This document shows positions 9,902-18,716 of a stretch of DNA of 28,067 bases, in pieces; position 1 is the stretch's first letter, and the number at the start of each line of letters is the position of its first letter. A model generated the notes under the pieces. That model was not told where the DNA came from, searched no databases, and saw only the letters and a program-made list of their open reading frames with translations. This DNA comes from Bdellovibrionota bacterium (lineage in GTDB: Bacteria > Bdellovibrionota_C > UBA2361 > OMII01): contig JBIKWQ010000045.1 in NCBI GenBank assembly GCA_044356215.1, forward strand, positions 1 to 28,067. Direction: 5' to 3'. A program made the position numbers and the translations under genes.

Positions 9902-10126
9902 GAAAGTTCTTACAGAGCCTCTTCTCCAGCAATCAGAAATTGTTCTTTAGTAGAGTCAAAAGCGAGCGAATAAATACCTGCAACTAAAACCGTGACAAAG
10001 AATTGGTAGCAAATAACCCTAAAGATATCACGAAGCCCAGTTCTTATTCTATTTAGCCTGAAGCATTTTTTCTCCCTCGACAGATAAGCGGTTAGCCCAC
10101 CAATCAAAGAATTCTTAAAGGGTTTT

Positions 10127-11062
10127 ATGCGAGCGCCTAAGTTATTATATTTGCTAGTTTTCACGGCACTTTCGGCGGTCCTAACGACCGGTTGTACCAA
10201 AGATAACAACGGTGACGACAGCTCCCCAGACACAGATCCAACCGTTGAGGAACAGGACAAGAGCGAGGGCTTTCGCACTCAGTGCGGAACTGTTCAAGGG
10301 GGCAAGCTCTATAATCCAGTTGATCCAAAAGATGGCGATCGGGCCACAGTCAGAATAGTAGGTCCAAATCTAATAGCGATCAAACGCAACAAGCGAATTG
10401 AGGAGTTTGTGAAGCTCCACGGAATGGACGTTCCTGGAACTATGGAACAGAGAAATGGCGCTGAGGCTCTGATGGAGAATCTTAGCGAGCAGGGAGAGGT
10501 TTATTTCTATCAGGTTGATAAGACCTGCACCACAACGCTCGACGATGGTCAGATAGGTGTTGTCGGGCAGATATTCTCCGCTAACGGCGAGAACTTCTCT
10601 GAAAAATTAATCAGAGCTGGCTTCGCCGATGTCGGCACAGATGTCTGTGATGGAGAGCTTATCGGACCGTGCTATAGGGCACTTCTTGAGGACTCAATCA
10701 CGCCGACTCCAACTCCGACTCCATTCCCTGAGTTTCAAGGACCGAGCACCCCGGCTGGATTTATCTTATGGAAGCCGGTATCTGACAGTGACGGACGTTT
10801 AGCGGTTCACTCTGTGCCTTACGGAACGACTGTCGTAGTCGATGGAGAAACTGGGCGCAACGCGGGACCTGGAAACGGATACGGAAGTTTAGCCCGATTC
10901 AGAAAGAACGGTTGCGGATACGGACGTAATGTTAAGATTGAGCTAGTCATGAACGACGGAAGTAACTTCATGTTCGGTGACCAACCGTTCGCGGTAATCC
11001 CGGATGGATGCAGTCGCTGGGTGATCGATACAAAAGGCAAGGCCAAGCCAAATAAGAAATGA
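10127..11062 (+). CDS. Lipoprotein with a thermonuclease (SNase)-like domain, a PT linker and a C-terminal domain
   Basis: Lipobox LTTGC; VKLHGMDVP and NFSEKLIRAGFA resemble SNase motifs; TPTPTPTP linker; WKPVSDSDGRLAV domain. Confidence 0.65.
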   Translation: MRAPKLLYLLVFTALSAVLTTGCTKDNNGDDSSPDTDPTVEEQDKSEGFRTQCGTVQGGKLYNPVDPKDGDRATVRIVGPNLIAIKRNKRIEEFVKLHGMDVPGTMEQRNGAEALMENLSEQGEVYFYQVDKTCTTTLDDGQIGVVGQIFSANGENFSEKLIRAGFADVGTDVCDGELIGPCYRALLEDSITPTPTPTPFPEFQGPSTPAGFILWKPVSDSDGRLAVHSVPYGTTVVVDGETGRNAGPGNGYGSLARFRKNGCGYGRNVKIELVMNDGSNFMFGDQPFAVIPDGCSRWVIDTKGKAKPNKK

Positions 11063-11079
11063 GGTAACGCGGATACTCA

Positions 11080-12339
11080 CTAAACGACTTCGTGTCTGAC
11101 CCTACAAGTCACATAGAATAAAGCTCCGATAGCCAGAATAAAATGTATCGGCGCCCCAAGCGGCGGATTTACAGCTAATTGCGACAGTACTACTGAGAGC
11201 CCCCAGAAGGCCCAATCAGATCTTTTGTCGGGCCTAAAGAGATACAACGCCGCACAAGCTGGAACACCTAGATCATAGAAATTAACTTGCGGAACGAAAA
11301 CTATCGCCGCTGTTAGAGTGAGCGCGAGGATCAGATCTCCATACCTCCTTGGATTAAGCGCCAGAGCCTTCGCGGCTTTCGCTCCTAAGATAAGATAAGA
11401 GACCGATAGAGCGGCGCAATACGCCACGGCATACGACCACCAGGGCGTATTAGCTCCAGTGATCAACTCCTGCTTAAGACCGAGAGCTTCGCGATGAAAA
11501 CGATAAACCTGGGCCCAGAGGTTTGGCATCTGATGAGAGTTTGTCTCAAGATTCATGCCGCCAAACCACGCCGCGAAGGCGCTCCATTTAGAGAACCAAT
11601 CTTCTCCGAGAGTGGTGACCCCAAGTTCCCACCAAAATAGAGCTACTAATACAAACGCGGCAAGAGTTAGCCAGCGACCCGCTAAAATAGGCGCCATTAA
11701 GGCGCAGAGCGCGTAGTAAGGCTTGCACAACCAAGCTCCGATAGTCACACCGAGTAAGATATCCGCGGCTACTCCCCTCCTTGTGAGGAGCCAGAAACAA
11801 AGCGCGATTAAAAGAGCGCTAATTGGTAGAAACTGGCCGCCTATTACACCTCTTAGTATCGGGCTAAAGATCATCAATGGAACAAATACCATCCACGACT
11901 TCCAGGTTATACGCCGATTAAGCGACACCAAGATCGCCACCGCCGTGTAGATCGCGAGCACACTTACCCCAGTCCAAATCCAGCGAGCTACTATCGGGTG
12001 AAGCGACGCTAAGGGCCGGAGTATATAAGCGAGGTAAGGCGGATACGCCGCCGGCAGAACCTGATCATTTAGCGATGGCCAGGCCTCGTTCTGGATCGTA
12101 CGTTGAAGTTCGACGTCGTAGAGCTTTGTGGCGTCCCCACTCTTGGCTATCACCGCCAGAGACCAGAAAGCCGGAAAATCACCGCGCGTTACCGCGCTTG
12201 TCCGGCGGGTATCCAGAACGCCCATGACTATAACCGTGGCTATCCCACTGATTAATAAAGCGCATAGGGCGCGCTTATAGAAAAACGGGTCTAAAAGAAG
12301 CGCCAGGATTACACGTGGTCTAAAGATCATACATCTCAA
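11080..12339 (-). CDS. Glycosyltransferase family 87 (DUF2029)-like membrane protein
   Basis: GDFPAFW, LYD, YPP, GQ, KP and YD motifs with multiple TM segments. Confidence 0.8.
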   Translation of the reverse strand: MRCMIFRPRVILALLLDPFFYKRALCALLISGIATVIVMGVLDTRRTSAVTRGDFPAFWSLAVIAKSGDATKLYDVELQRTIQNEAWPSLNDQVLPAAYPPYLAYILRPLASLHPIVARWIWTGVSVLAIYTAVAILVSLNRRITWKSWMVFVPLMIFSPILRGVIGGQFLPISALLIALCFWLLTRRGVAADILLGVTIGAWLCKPYYALCALMAPILAGRWLTLAAFVLVALFWWELGVTTLGEDWFSKWSAFAAWFGGMNLETNSHQMPNLWAQVYRFHREALGLKQELITGANTPWWSYAVAYCAALSVSYLILGAKAAKALALNPRRYGDLILALTLTAAIVFVPQVNFYDLGVPACAALYLFRPDKRSDWAFWGLSVVLSQLAVNPPLGAPIHFILAIGALFYVTCRVRHEVV

Positions 12340-12411
12340 GACCTGATCGTAGCAACGCGGTGTGGCTATGTGTCAAGGGAGGCATTTTCAGAGGGCGATT
12401 CGGAACAAACC

Positions 12412-12574
12412 TAGGGCGTCGCAGTGTTTTTGGTAAGCTGCTGAGACAATTAGTAAAATATTTTTTACCACAGAGGACGCAGAGGACACAGAGAAAACCC
12501 CATAATTGCCCATAAAATGGCCGTTCTCTGTGTCCTCTGCGTCCTCTGTGGTGATAAAGAACTGCGACGCCCTA
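12412..12574 (+). mobile_element. MITE-like element, copy 2
   Basis: 163 bp with perfect TIR TAGGGCGTCGCAGT/ACTGCGACGCCCTA, 9-bp TSD GAACAAACC (12403-12411, 12575-12583) and perfect 29-bp inner arms (12467-12495/12524-12552). Confidence 0.92.
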
Positions 12575-12611
12575 GAACAAACCAAAGCTCTTAGCTTCAA
12601 AAAACCTTGTG

Positions 12612-12620
12612 TGCTATAAT
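12612..12620 (+). promoter_or_regulatory. Extended -10 promoter element for leuA
   Basis: TGCTATAAT, 41 nt upstream of the leuA ATG. Confidence 0.55.
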
Positions 12621-12661
12621 CTTCCAGTTGAAATTCGCCAGGTTTAGAAACGGCAAAGATT

Positions 12662-14389
12662 ATGAACAACGAATCAAAACAGAAGATAGAGGCGCCAGTT
12701 AAAGGCGGAATGCCTAACAGTCATAAATATCGCGCGTATGAGAAGACCTTTAGCGTCGAGCTCCCCGATAGAACCTGGCCTAACAAAACCTTAACCAGCG
12801 CTCCTACCTGGTGCAGTGTCGATCTTAGAGACGGCAATCAAGCTCTGATAAGGCCGATGGATGTGCACCAAAAACTGCTTTTTTTCGATCTGCTGGTTAA
12901 ACTCGGATTCAAGGAGATCGAGATCGGATTTCCATCCGCTTCAGAGACCGAGTTTCAGTTTAATAGAGAGCTCGTCGAGAGAGGTAAGATCCCAGGCGAT
13001 GTAATCCCACAAGTTTTAGTGCAGGCCCGTGAGCACCTGATCGAGCGAACCTTTGAGAGCATCGAGGGCTACAAGCAAGCTATCGTCCACCTCTATAATT
13101 CAACATCGGTTCTGCAACGCCGAGTTGTTTTTGGACTACCTCCAGAGCGTATCTTGGAGATGGCTGTCCAAGGTACACGAATGATCAAGGAGCGCGCTGA
13201 GAAGACCGTTACCAGAGTCTCATTTGAGTACTCACCCGAGAGCTTCACAGGAACTGAAAGGGATATCGCTCTTGATGTATGCGCCGCCGTTATCAACGAA
13301 TGGCAACCGACCCCTGACAACAAGATGATTGTCAATCTGCCGGCGACCGTTGAGATGTCGACACCAAACGTCTACGCGGACCTGATTGAGTGGTTTTCAC
13401 GGCACCTTCCGCGTAGAGACTCGGTCGTTTTAAGTTTGCACACACACAACGACCGTGGCACTGGGATCGCCGCTACAGAGCTAGCCCTTTTAGCTGGCGG
13501 AGATCGCGTCGAGGGAACCCTTTTCGGTAATGGCGAGAGAACGGGTAACGTTGATATCGTCACTCTAGGTTTAAATCTCTTCACTCAGGGGGTCGACCCT
13601 GGGTTAGATCTCAGAGATCTTCCAGCTATCGTTGAGCTTTATGAAGCGTGCACTGGGATGACGATACATCCGCGCCATCCATACGCTGGAGAGCTTGTTT
13701 TCACCGCCTTCTCCGGTTCTCATCAGGACGCCATTCGTAAAGGCATACACGCTCACGGGAGATCAGAATCTAAACTTTGGGAGGTCCCGTATGTGCCGAT
13801 TGATCCGATAGATATCGGACGTGAGTTTGAGGGTATTATTCGAATTAACAGCCAATCGGGTAAAGGTGGCGTGGCGTTTATTATGGAGCGTGAGTTCGGT
13901 TGTCACCTGCCAAAAGCGATGCACCCTGAATTTAGCCGAGTAATTCAGAGAGTGACGGACGACAACGGAAACGAGATCTCTCCCGAGCGCATATGGGAGA
14001 TCTTCGCTGATACCTATCTTAGGTCAAAAGTGCCGTTTAATTTGATTAGCTTCACATCACTCGCGGTTGAGAATGGACACGATGCCTTTCAGGGATCGCT
14101 TAAAGTGAACTTTAATGGCTCCGAGCGTGATTTAATTGGGTGGGGAAACGGACCGATCGACGCGTGTCGCAACGCGCTTTTAAGATCTGGATGCGCTCCT
14201 TTTAGGATCGCGAGTTATTCAGAGCACGCGCGAAGCGCAGGCTCTGACGCCGAAGCCGTGGCGTTTATTCAGATCGAGACCAGCGAAAGCGCGGTTTTCT
14301 GGGGAGTCGGGATCCATCCTAATATAGAGCTAGCCTCGATTAAGGCGATTATTAGCGCTGTAAATCGGGCTGTTGCAGGAGCCGACTGA
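12662..14389 (+). CDS. leuA: 2-isopropylmalate synthase (LeuA type 2, yeast LEU4/Mycobacterium-like)
   Basis: WCSVDLRDGNQAL, YSPESF, HTHNDRG, GNGERTGN, FSGSHQDAI and INSQSGKGG motifs; regulatory domain GNGPIDA. Confidence 0.97.
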   Translation: MNNESKQKIEAPVKGGMPNSHKYRAYEKTFSVELPDRTWPNKTLTSAPTWCSVDLRDGNQALIRPMDVHQKLLFFDLLVKLGFKEIEIGFPSASETEFQFNRELVERGKIPGDVIPQVLVQAREHLIERTFESIEGYKQAIVHLYNSTSVLQRRVVFGLPPERILEMAVQGTRMIKERAEKTVTRVSFEYSPESFTGTERDIALDVCAAVINEWQPTPDNKMIVNLPATVEMSTPNVYADLIEWFSRHLPRRDSVVLSLHTHNDRGTGIAATELALLAGGDRVEGTLFGNGERTGNVDIVTLGLNLFTQGVDPGLDLRDLPAIVELYEACTGMTIHPRHPYAGELVFTAFSGSHQDAIRKGIHAHGRSESKLWEVPYVPIDPIDIGREFEGIIRINSQSGKGGVAFIMEREFGCHLPKAMHPEFSRVIQRVTDDNGNEISPERIWEIFADTYLRSKVPFNLISFTSLAVENGHDAFQGSLKVNFNGSERDLIGWGNGPIDACRNALLRSGCAPFRIASYSEHARSAGSDAEAVAFIQIETSESAVFWGVGIHPNIELASIKAIISAVNRAVAGAD

Positions 14390-14441
14390 TTAGGACAGAT
14401 GCGAACTGAGTATGGGTGACTATTCTGGACTCTGAGAATTG

Positions 14442-14604
14442 CAGGGCGTCGCAGTGTTTTTGGTAAGCTGCTGGGATAATTAGCAAAATATTTTTTACCA
14501 CAGAGGACGCAGAGGGCACAGAGAAAACCCCATAATTGCCCAAAAAATGGCCGTTCTCTGTGTCCTCTGCGTCCTCTGTGGTGATAAAGAAGTGCGACGC
14601 CCTC
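14442..14604 (+). mobile_element. MITE-like element, copy 3
   Basis: 163 bp with ends CAGGGCGTCGCA/TGCGACGCCCTC and 9-bp TSD TGAGAATTG (14433-14441, 14605-14613); near-identical to copy 2. Confidence 0.92.
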
Positions 14605-14646
14605 TGAGAATTGATTAGCTCGGCGGATTTCGGTGATAATGCGGGG

Positions 14647-16566
14647 ATGAGCGGCAATATTCACAACTCTTCCGGCGACGCGCGCCGGACTGATCATAGT
14701 AGGCAGTCTCAGGATATACCCTGCGCGCGAATCTTCACGAATATAATTGGGAGTTTTTTTGAAGAACTGCTGCGAGATATATATGAGCTGCCTTCTAAAC
14801 TTTTTTATAAAAAGGGAGAACTGCGAGATCTAATTGAAGATATTACGAAGCTTCTATCTGAAGCCTCTAAAAGAACAAACCTCGAAAACCTGTGCGAGCA
14901 AGGGGAAAGCATTCTTAGCGATGTTTACGAAATTAGAAAGGCGCTCTCAAGTGACAACGGTGATCATGGCAGCGATTTCTGTGCTCATTCATATGGGAAT
15001 TGCTCGAGGCTTCTTCAAATGTTCAAAGCGGGTTCCTTTCAACCTTTAGGTGTCGTTAAGAGTGATTTAGCCGATTTTTTTGATTCGGCTTTTAACCCTT
15101 CTGGCGACGAAAAAGCATTGCGGAATGTTACAGGCAAAGAGGCGCTATCGTCCTTTTTGGCGATGACCTACTTAAGGGATATTCGCCAAGGTATTTTTCA
15201 GACCTGCGCTTTAAGCGTCTTTAGAAATGAGCAGGCAGCGCTGAGCAGGCTGGAACTCTTACAGATTTTGAATGCCAACTCCTACCGGAGGGAGGATCTA
15301 CAATCCTTGAGAGCACTGGGCGGATCACCGATGGGACTAGCGACTCTGTCCGATTCCACTTCTGGGTCCCTGATCCCGTGTTTCCTAGTTCCAAACGAGG
15401 CCTTTGAAAGATTCGGCAACATAATTAAGACGAGAATTGAGGAAGCGATTAATAGCCTGGGTTGGCCACATAGGGACGAAGGCTGGCAACCTGCACTCTG
15501 GTATCAAGAGGGAACCGATATGACCGCGGTCGGTATAAGGATTCCTATCACCGACAATCCAGATGAGCTTAGCTCCTCGTCCCCCGATATCAATCCGGAT
15601 ACTATTCAATACGTGAAGATTGCTGACGGCCTAGCTCACCAATCTTTATCGGTGGAGTTAGTCCCCGGCCAAACAGCAGTCACCATTAAGCTTCCCCTTG
15701 AATTTGCAGGAGGCAGGGATCTGCAATCACTTCGCGTCTTTGGCCTAGCGGAGAGTGCGGGACCTGGCCCCCTGGTTGACGCGAGGTTGGTTATAGACCC
15801 TTTTCAAGCGGAAAATGGGAGTAAAAAATATTCGATCAAGTGGCAGCTGAATCGCCCAGCAATCGAGTACTCAACCGAACTCTACATGCTAAGGGATAGT
15901 GATAAGCTGAGGCGAGCTCTTTCCAGGTTCTTTTCACCAGATTACACCCTTATTTCGTTTGAATTTCAGCCTGGGGCTATACCGGATATCGGCTCACACC
16001 TAGCGGAGCTCGCCAACTCAATCAGTTTTGGCAATCTGGACGGCTTTAGGCGCTTACCAAATCAGTATTTGCAAGCGCAATTCATAACGGCAACTAATCC
16101 TCTTCCGAACGAAATCAAGTCGCTAAAAGGTGGTGGACTTTCCGCAACTAATTCGGAGAAACCCTTTCTCTTTCTTAAATGGGCGAAAAATACAGAAGCG
16201 CTAGCTTTTCTCCTCACCGCACGCGACATGTCGTTCTTGGCGATCGGAAGACTAATCGATGAAGAGGGTCACGAGCTGCTAAAGGCTACTCTGCTACCAG
16301 AAAACTTTGCCACCGCGTCAGTAAAGATTATTGACGCGCTTTCCGAGGCATTGCCGAATCTGATAAGAAAAGACAAGTTTAATCTTTCCGCGCTGAAGTA
16401 TATTCTGTCGACCTCGGGGGCTAAGTGTGATGATAATTTCATCGAATGGTTGTACGACAAATTTATGAACGCGCAGTTTATTCCAACCAAGTTCGATATC
16501 GCTGATCTTTTATTTAGTTATATTTTAAACAAGCAGGAACTTCCCACGGGGGAGCAGATTTCTTAG
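14647..16566 (+). CDS. Hypothetical protein (about 640 aa, no recognised domain)
   Basis: Long ORF; ATG 14647 preferred over TTG 14611, which lies in the MITE TSD. Confidence 0.65.
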   Translation: MSGNIHNSSGDARRTDHSRQSQDIPCARIFTNIIGSFFEELLRDIYELPSKLFYKKGELRDLIEDITKLLSEASKRTNLENLCEQGESILSDVYEIRKALSSDNGDHGSDFCAHSYGNCSRLLQMFKAGSFQPLGVVKSDLADFFDSAFNPSGDEKALRNVTGKEALSSFLAMTYLRDIRQGIFQTCALSVFRNEQAALSRLELLQILNANSYRREDLQSLRALGGSPMGLATLSDSTSGSLIPCFLVPNEAFERFGNIIKTRIEEAINSLGWPHRDEGWQPALWYQEGTDMTAVGIRIPITDNPDELSSSSPDINPDTIQYVKIADGLAHQSLSVELVPGQTAVTIKLPLEFAGGRDLQSLRVFGLAESAGPGPLVDARLVIDPFQAENGSKKYSIKWQLNRPAIEYSTELYMLRDSDKLRRALSRFFSPDYTLISFEFQPGAIPDIGSHLAELANSISFGNLDGFRRLPNQYLQAQFITATNPLPNEIKSLKGGGLSATNSEKPFLFLKWAKNTEALAFLLTARDMSFLAIGRLIDEEGHELLKATLLPENFATASVKIIDALSEALPNLIRKDKFNLSALKYILSTSGAKCDDNFIEWLYDKFMNAQFIPTKFDIADLLFSYILNKQELPTGEQIS

Positions 16567-16652
16567 GGAAGTGAGTAGCGAGAAAGTGATGGCTTAGCCA
16601 ATAGCTACGAGTTTCACCGCCCCCTACTATCTAGTATCTAAATTCCTGAGGA

Positions 16653-17441
16653 CTATATCAGGTCGTCATCATCAGGCTTATCGGGCCTAAATAATTTAAC
16701 TCCTACACGTTGGCCATCAATCTTGAAAAACGCCGGGAAACGCTCCGCATCGCAGGCCCTGATGAAATTGTATAATTCAGAAACCGACAAACTTGGATCA
16801 AATTCCGAGTCCTGCCATGAGCGTCTACCTGGGTAGGAGCTTGCACTCTGTTCGTCTTGAGGGACCCCTCTCGTCTCTCCCCGATCTATTTGTTCTATAG
16901 CCGCCTGAAGAAGTAATGGCTCTAATTCAGCCGCTTTCCGCATATAGCTTTTTATCGTATCAAATGGCCCTAGCGGGAACCTACCTTGAGTTAGAATATT
17001 TCCCGTATCCATGCCCTGGTCAATAAAATGAACCGTTACACCCCCCTCCGTTTCCCCATTCGCGAGGATGTACCAGGTTGCCGCAGGTCCTCGATACTTA
17101 GGCAACACCGATGGATGAATATTAATATTGTAGCGACACACTGAAAGTGCGCCTGGCTTAAATAAGTAAGGGTAGCCCGCCGATACCAGAGTATCCGCGC
17201 CCGTGGATTTCAGCGCTTCCTCCAGATCCGCTTGTTTAGGGCGAAGCACCTGAATCTGGGCGGATTTAGCCACCTTAATAACCTCATAGAGGCGCTCCTC
17301 GCGCGGGCTGGAATATGGAAGAATCACCGCCGCTATGTTTTTTCCAAGCTCTATGATTTTAGCCAGGAGGTTCTCTTTATTGAGTCCAGTGCAAAATACG
17401 AAGCTTTTTGTCGCGGTCATGAGCTTTACGGTCTTATCCAT
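16653..17441 (-). CDS. Formyltransferase (sugar N-formyltransferase/Fmt-like)
   Basis: NIHPSVLPKYRG, GVTVHFIDQGMDTG and YNFIRA motifs; located in a nucleotide-sugar cluster. Confidence 0.85.
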   Translation of the reverse strand: MDKTVKLMTATKSFVFCTGLNKENLLAKIIELGKNIAAVILPYSSPREERLYEVIKVAKSAQIQVLRPKQADLEEALKSTGADTLVSAGYPYLFKPGALSVCRYNINIHPSVLPKYRGPAATWYILANGETEGGVTVHFIDQGMDTGNILTQGRFPLGPFDTIKSYMRKAAELEPLLLQAAIEQIDRGETRGVPQDEQSASSYPGRRSWQDSEFDPSLSVSELYNFIRACDAERFPAFFKIDGQRVGVKLFRPDKPDDDDLI

Positions 17442-17492
17442 AAAAAACGTCCAGATGGAAAGCTGAACTCAATAAGAAGAGATTCATCGTCT

Positions 17493-18176
17493 TCATGGTT
17501 TCCTTGCTACCACAAGTAAAGAACCGCCAACTGGAAATTTAAAGCCCGCTCGAATCAAATACACCTCAATTCGCATAATGGTCTCAAGTGTGAAGTTAAG
17601 CCACCGTGGGATCTTAAATTCAGCCTGCAAATCGAAGGTCTGTTCATCCTTAGGGCGGCGCCTATTCAGCCACATAAGCGGCACTAGCAGACTAACAAAT
17701 GAAGAAACGTAAGCTACGGATAATCCCGCCAACTTCAGTTTTTTAAGCAACTCATCACGAGTGTAGCGTCGGAAATGGCCTGAATGCTCAACCACATCAA
17801 AGGCCCCGATACAATCATATTCCTCGTGTTCATCCATCTTAGTGGCGTCAACTCTTTTGAAGCGGGCCATCGGCACGCGCTGTTTAGCGAAGGAGAGCGC
17901 CTCCTCATAAAATTCAGCTCCTGAAAGCCTTAAACTTGGGAAAGCTTTACTTACTCCCTCCAGAACAAACCCTGTACCACAGCCAATCTCCAGGAAATCC
18001 TGACAATTTGGGGCATATTTTCCAAAAGCCCAGATCAGAATTCGATTTCTAGATCGGAACCACCAATGGGATGCCTCCGCGGCGGCTAACCGAGGGAAAG
18101 CCTCGACGGGATAGTGAACCTCCTCTGACTCTATGACTAGATCTGATGCTTGCGATCCACTCGCGCTAATCTCCAT
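17493..18176 (-). CDS. Class I SAM-dependent methyltransferase with an apparent internal in-frame deletion (possible pseudogene)
   Basis: HWWFRSR, LEIGCGTG and GGSLLVVARK motifs; FDVVEH is joined directly to SGHFRRY. Confidence 0.75.
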   Translation of the reverse strand: MEISASGSQASDLVIESEEVHYPVEAFPRLAAAEASHWWFRSRNRILIWAFGKYAPNCQDFLEIGCGTGFVLEGVSKAFPSLRLSGAEFYEEALSFAKQRVPMARFKRVDATKMDEHEEYDCIGAFDVVEHSGHFRRYTRDELLKKLKLAGLSVAYVSSFVSLLVPLMWLNRRRPKDEQTFDLQAEFKIPRWLNFTLETIMRIEVYLIRAGFKFPVGGSLLVVARKP

Positions 18177-18218
18177 TATTCGTCTCCTAGTCGATATCCT
18201 CACTCCCGATAATTCGAT

Positions 18219-18713
18219 CTATACAAGCACTGGCTTACCCAACACCCTGCGCATTACCGCCCATTGCCCCGAATGCATCAACTCATGCGTACCTATAGCC
18301 AGCAGAATCGCGCCCTTCGTTGGTGCGTATGCGCGCATCTTCTCTGGACCAGGAAGCGCGAGATCCTCCTCTGAAATTAAAGATACGAGCTCCAATACTC
18401 TTTGCCGTTGCTTCAACCTAAGATCGCGATATTCCGCCAATGAAAGAAAATTCTCTGATGTTTTACTTGCATACTCGACCTCCTTACTGTGATTCAGCTC
18501 AAAGCCTGCAGGAAACACAATACCTGTGCCTGGGTGAACCGCATTGGCCATCATGGCCTCTGAGATAAGGAGGTGTCCCAACTGCCAGGCGATATGGTGT
18601 GCTCCCGGTGTCGGCCTGAGCAGTATGTCGCGGTCACTTAAATCACTAAGGTACGCGTCGGTAATAAACCTGGCGGAATTGAGTACATACAATATAGCTT
18701 CTTTTGTTTGCAT
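18219..18713 (-). CDS. DinB family (DinB_2) four-helix protein
   Basis: IAWQLGHL and HELMHSGQ metal-binding His motifs. Confidence 0.8.
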   Translation of the reverse strand: MQTKEAILYVLNSARFITDAYLSDLSDRDILLRPTPGAHHIAWQLGHLLISEAMMANAVHPGTGIVFPAGFELNHSKEVEYASKTSENFLSLAEYRDLRLKQRQRVLELVSLISEEDLALPGPEKMRAYAPTKGAILLAIGTHELMHSGQWAVMRRVLGKPVLV

Positions 18714-18716
18714 GTC

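Noticed and set aside
9910..10278. 122-aa minus-strand ORF
   Set aside because: It overlaps the lipoprotein start on the opposite strand and spans a divergent promoter region; no motifs
10698..10725. ACTCCG/ACTCCA tandem repeat
   Set aside because: Explained by the coding Thr-Pro linker
12575..12661. Leucine attenuator or T-box upstream of leuA
   Set aside because: No Leu-rich leader peptide, terminator or T-box motif; the -10 is only 41 nt from the ATG
12388..12669. 93-aa ORF (likewise 14269-14697, 14352-14657 and 24803-25048)
   Set aside because: These are translations of the MITE sequence, not supported as independent genes
12412..14604. Composite transposon carrying leuA between MITE copies 2 and 3
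   Set aside because: Each copy has its own distinct TSD and the outer flanks do not match, indicating independent insertions
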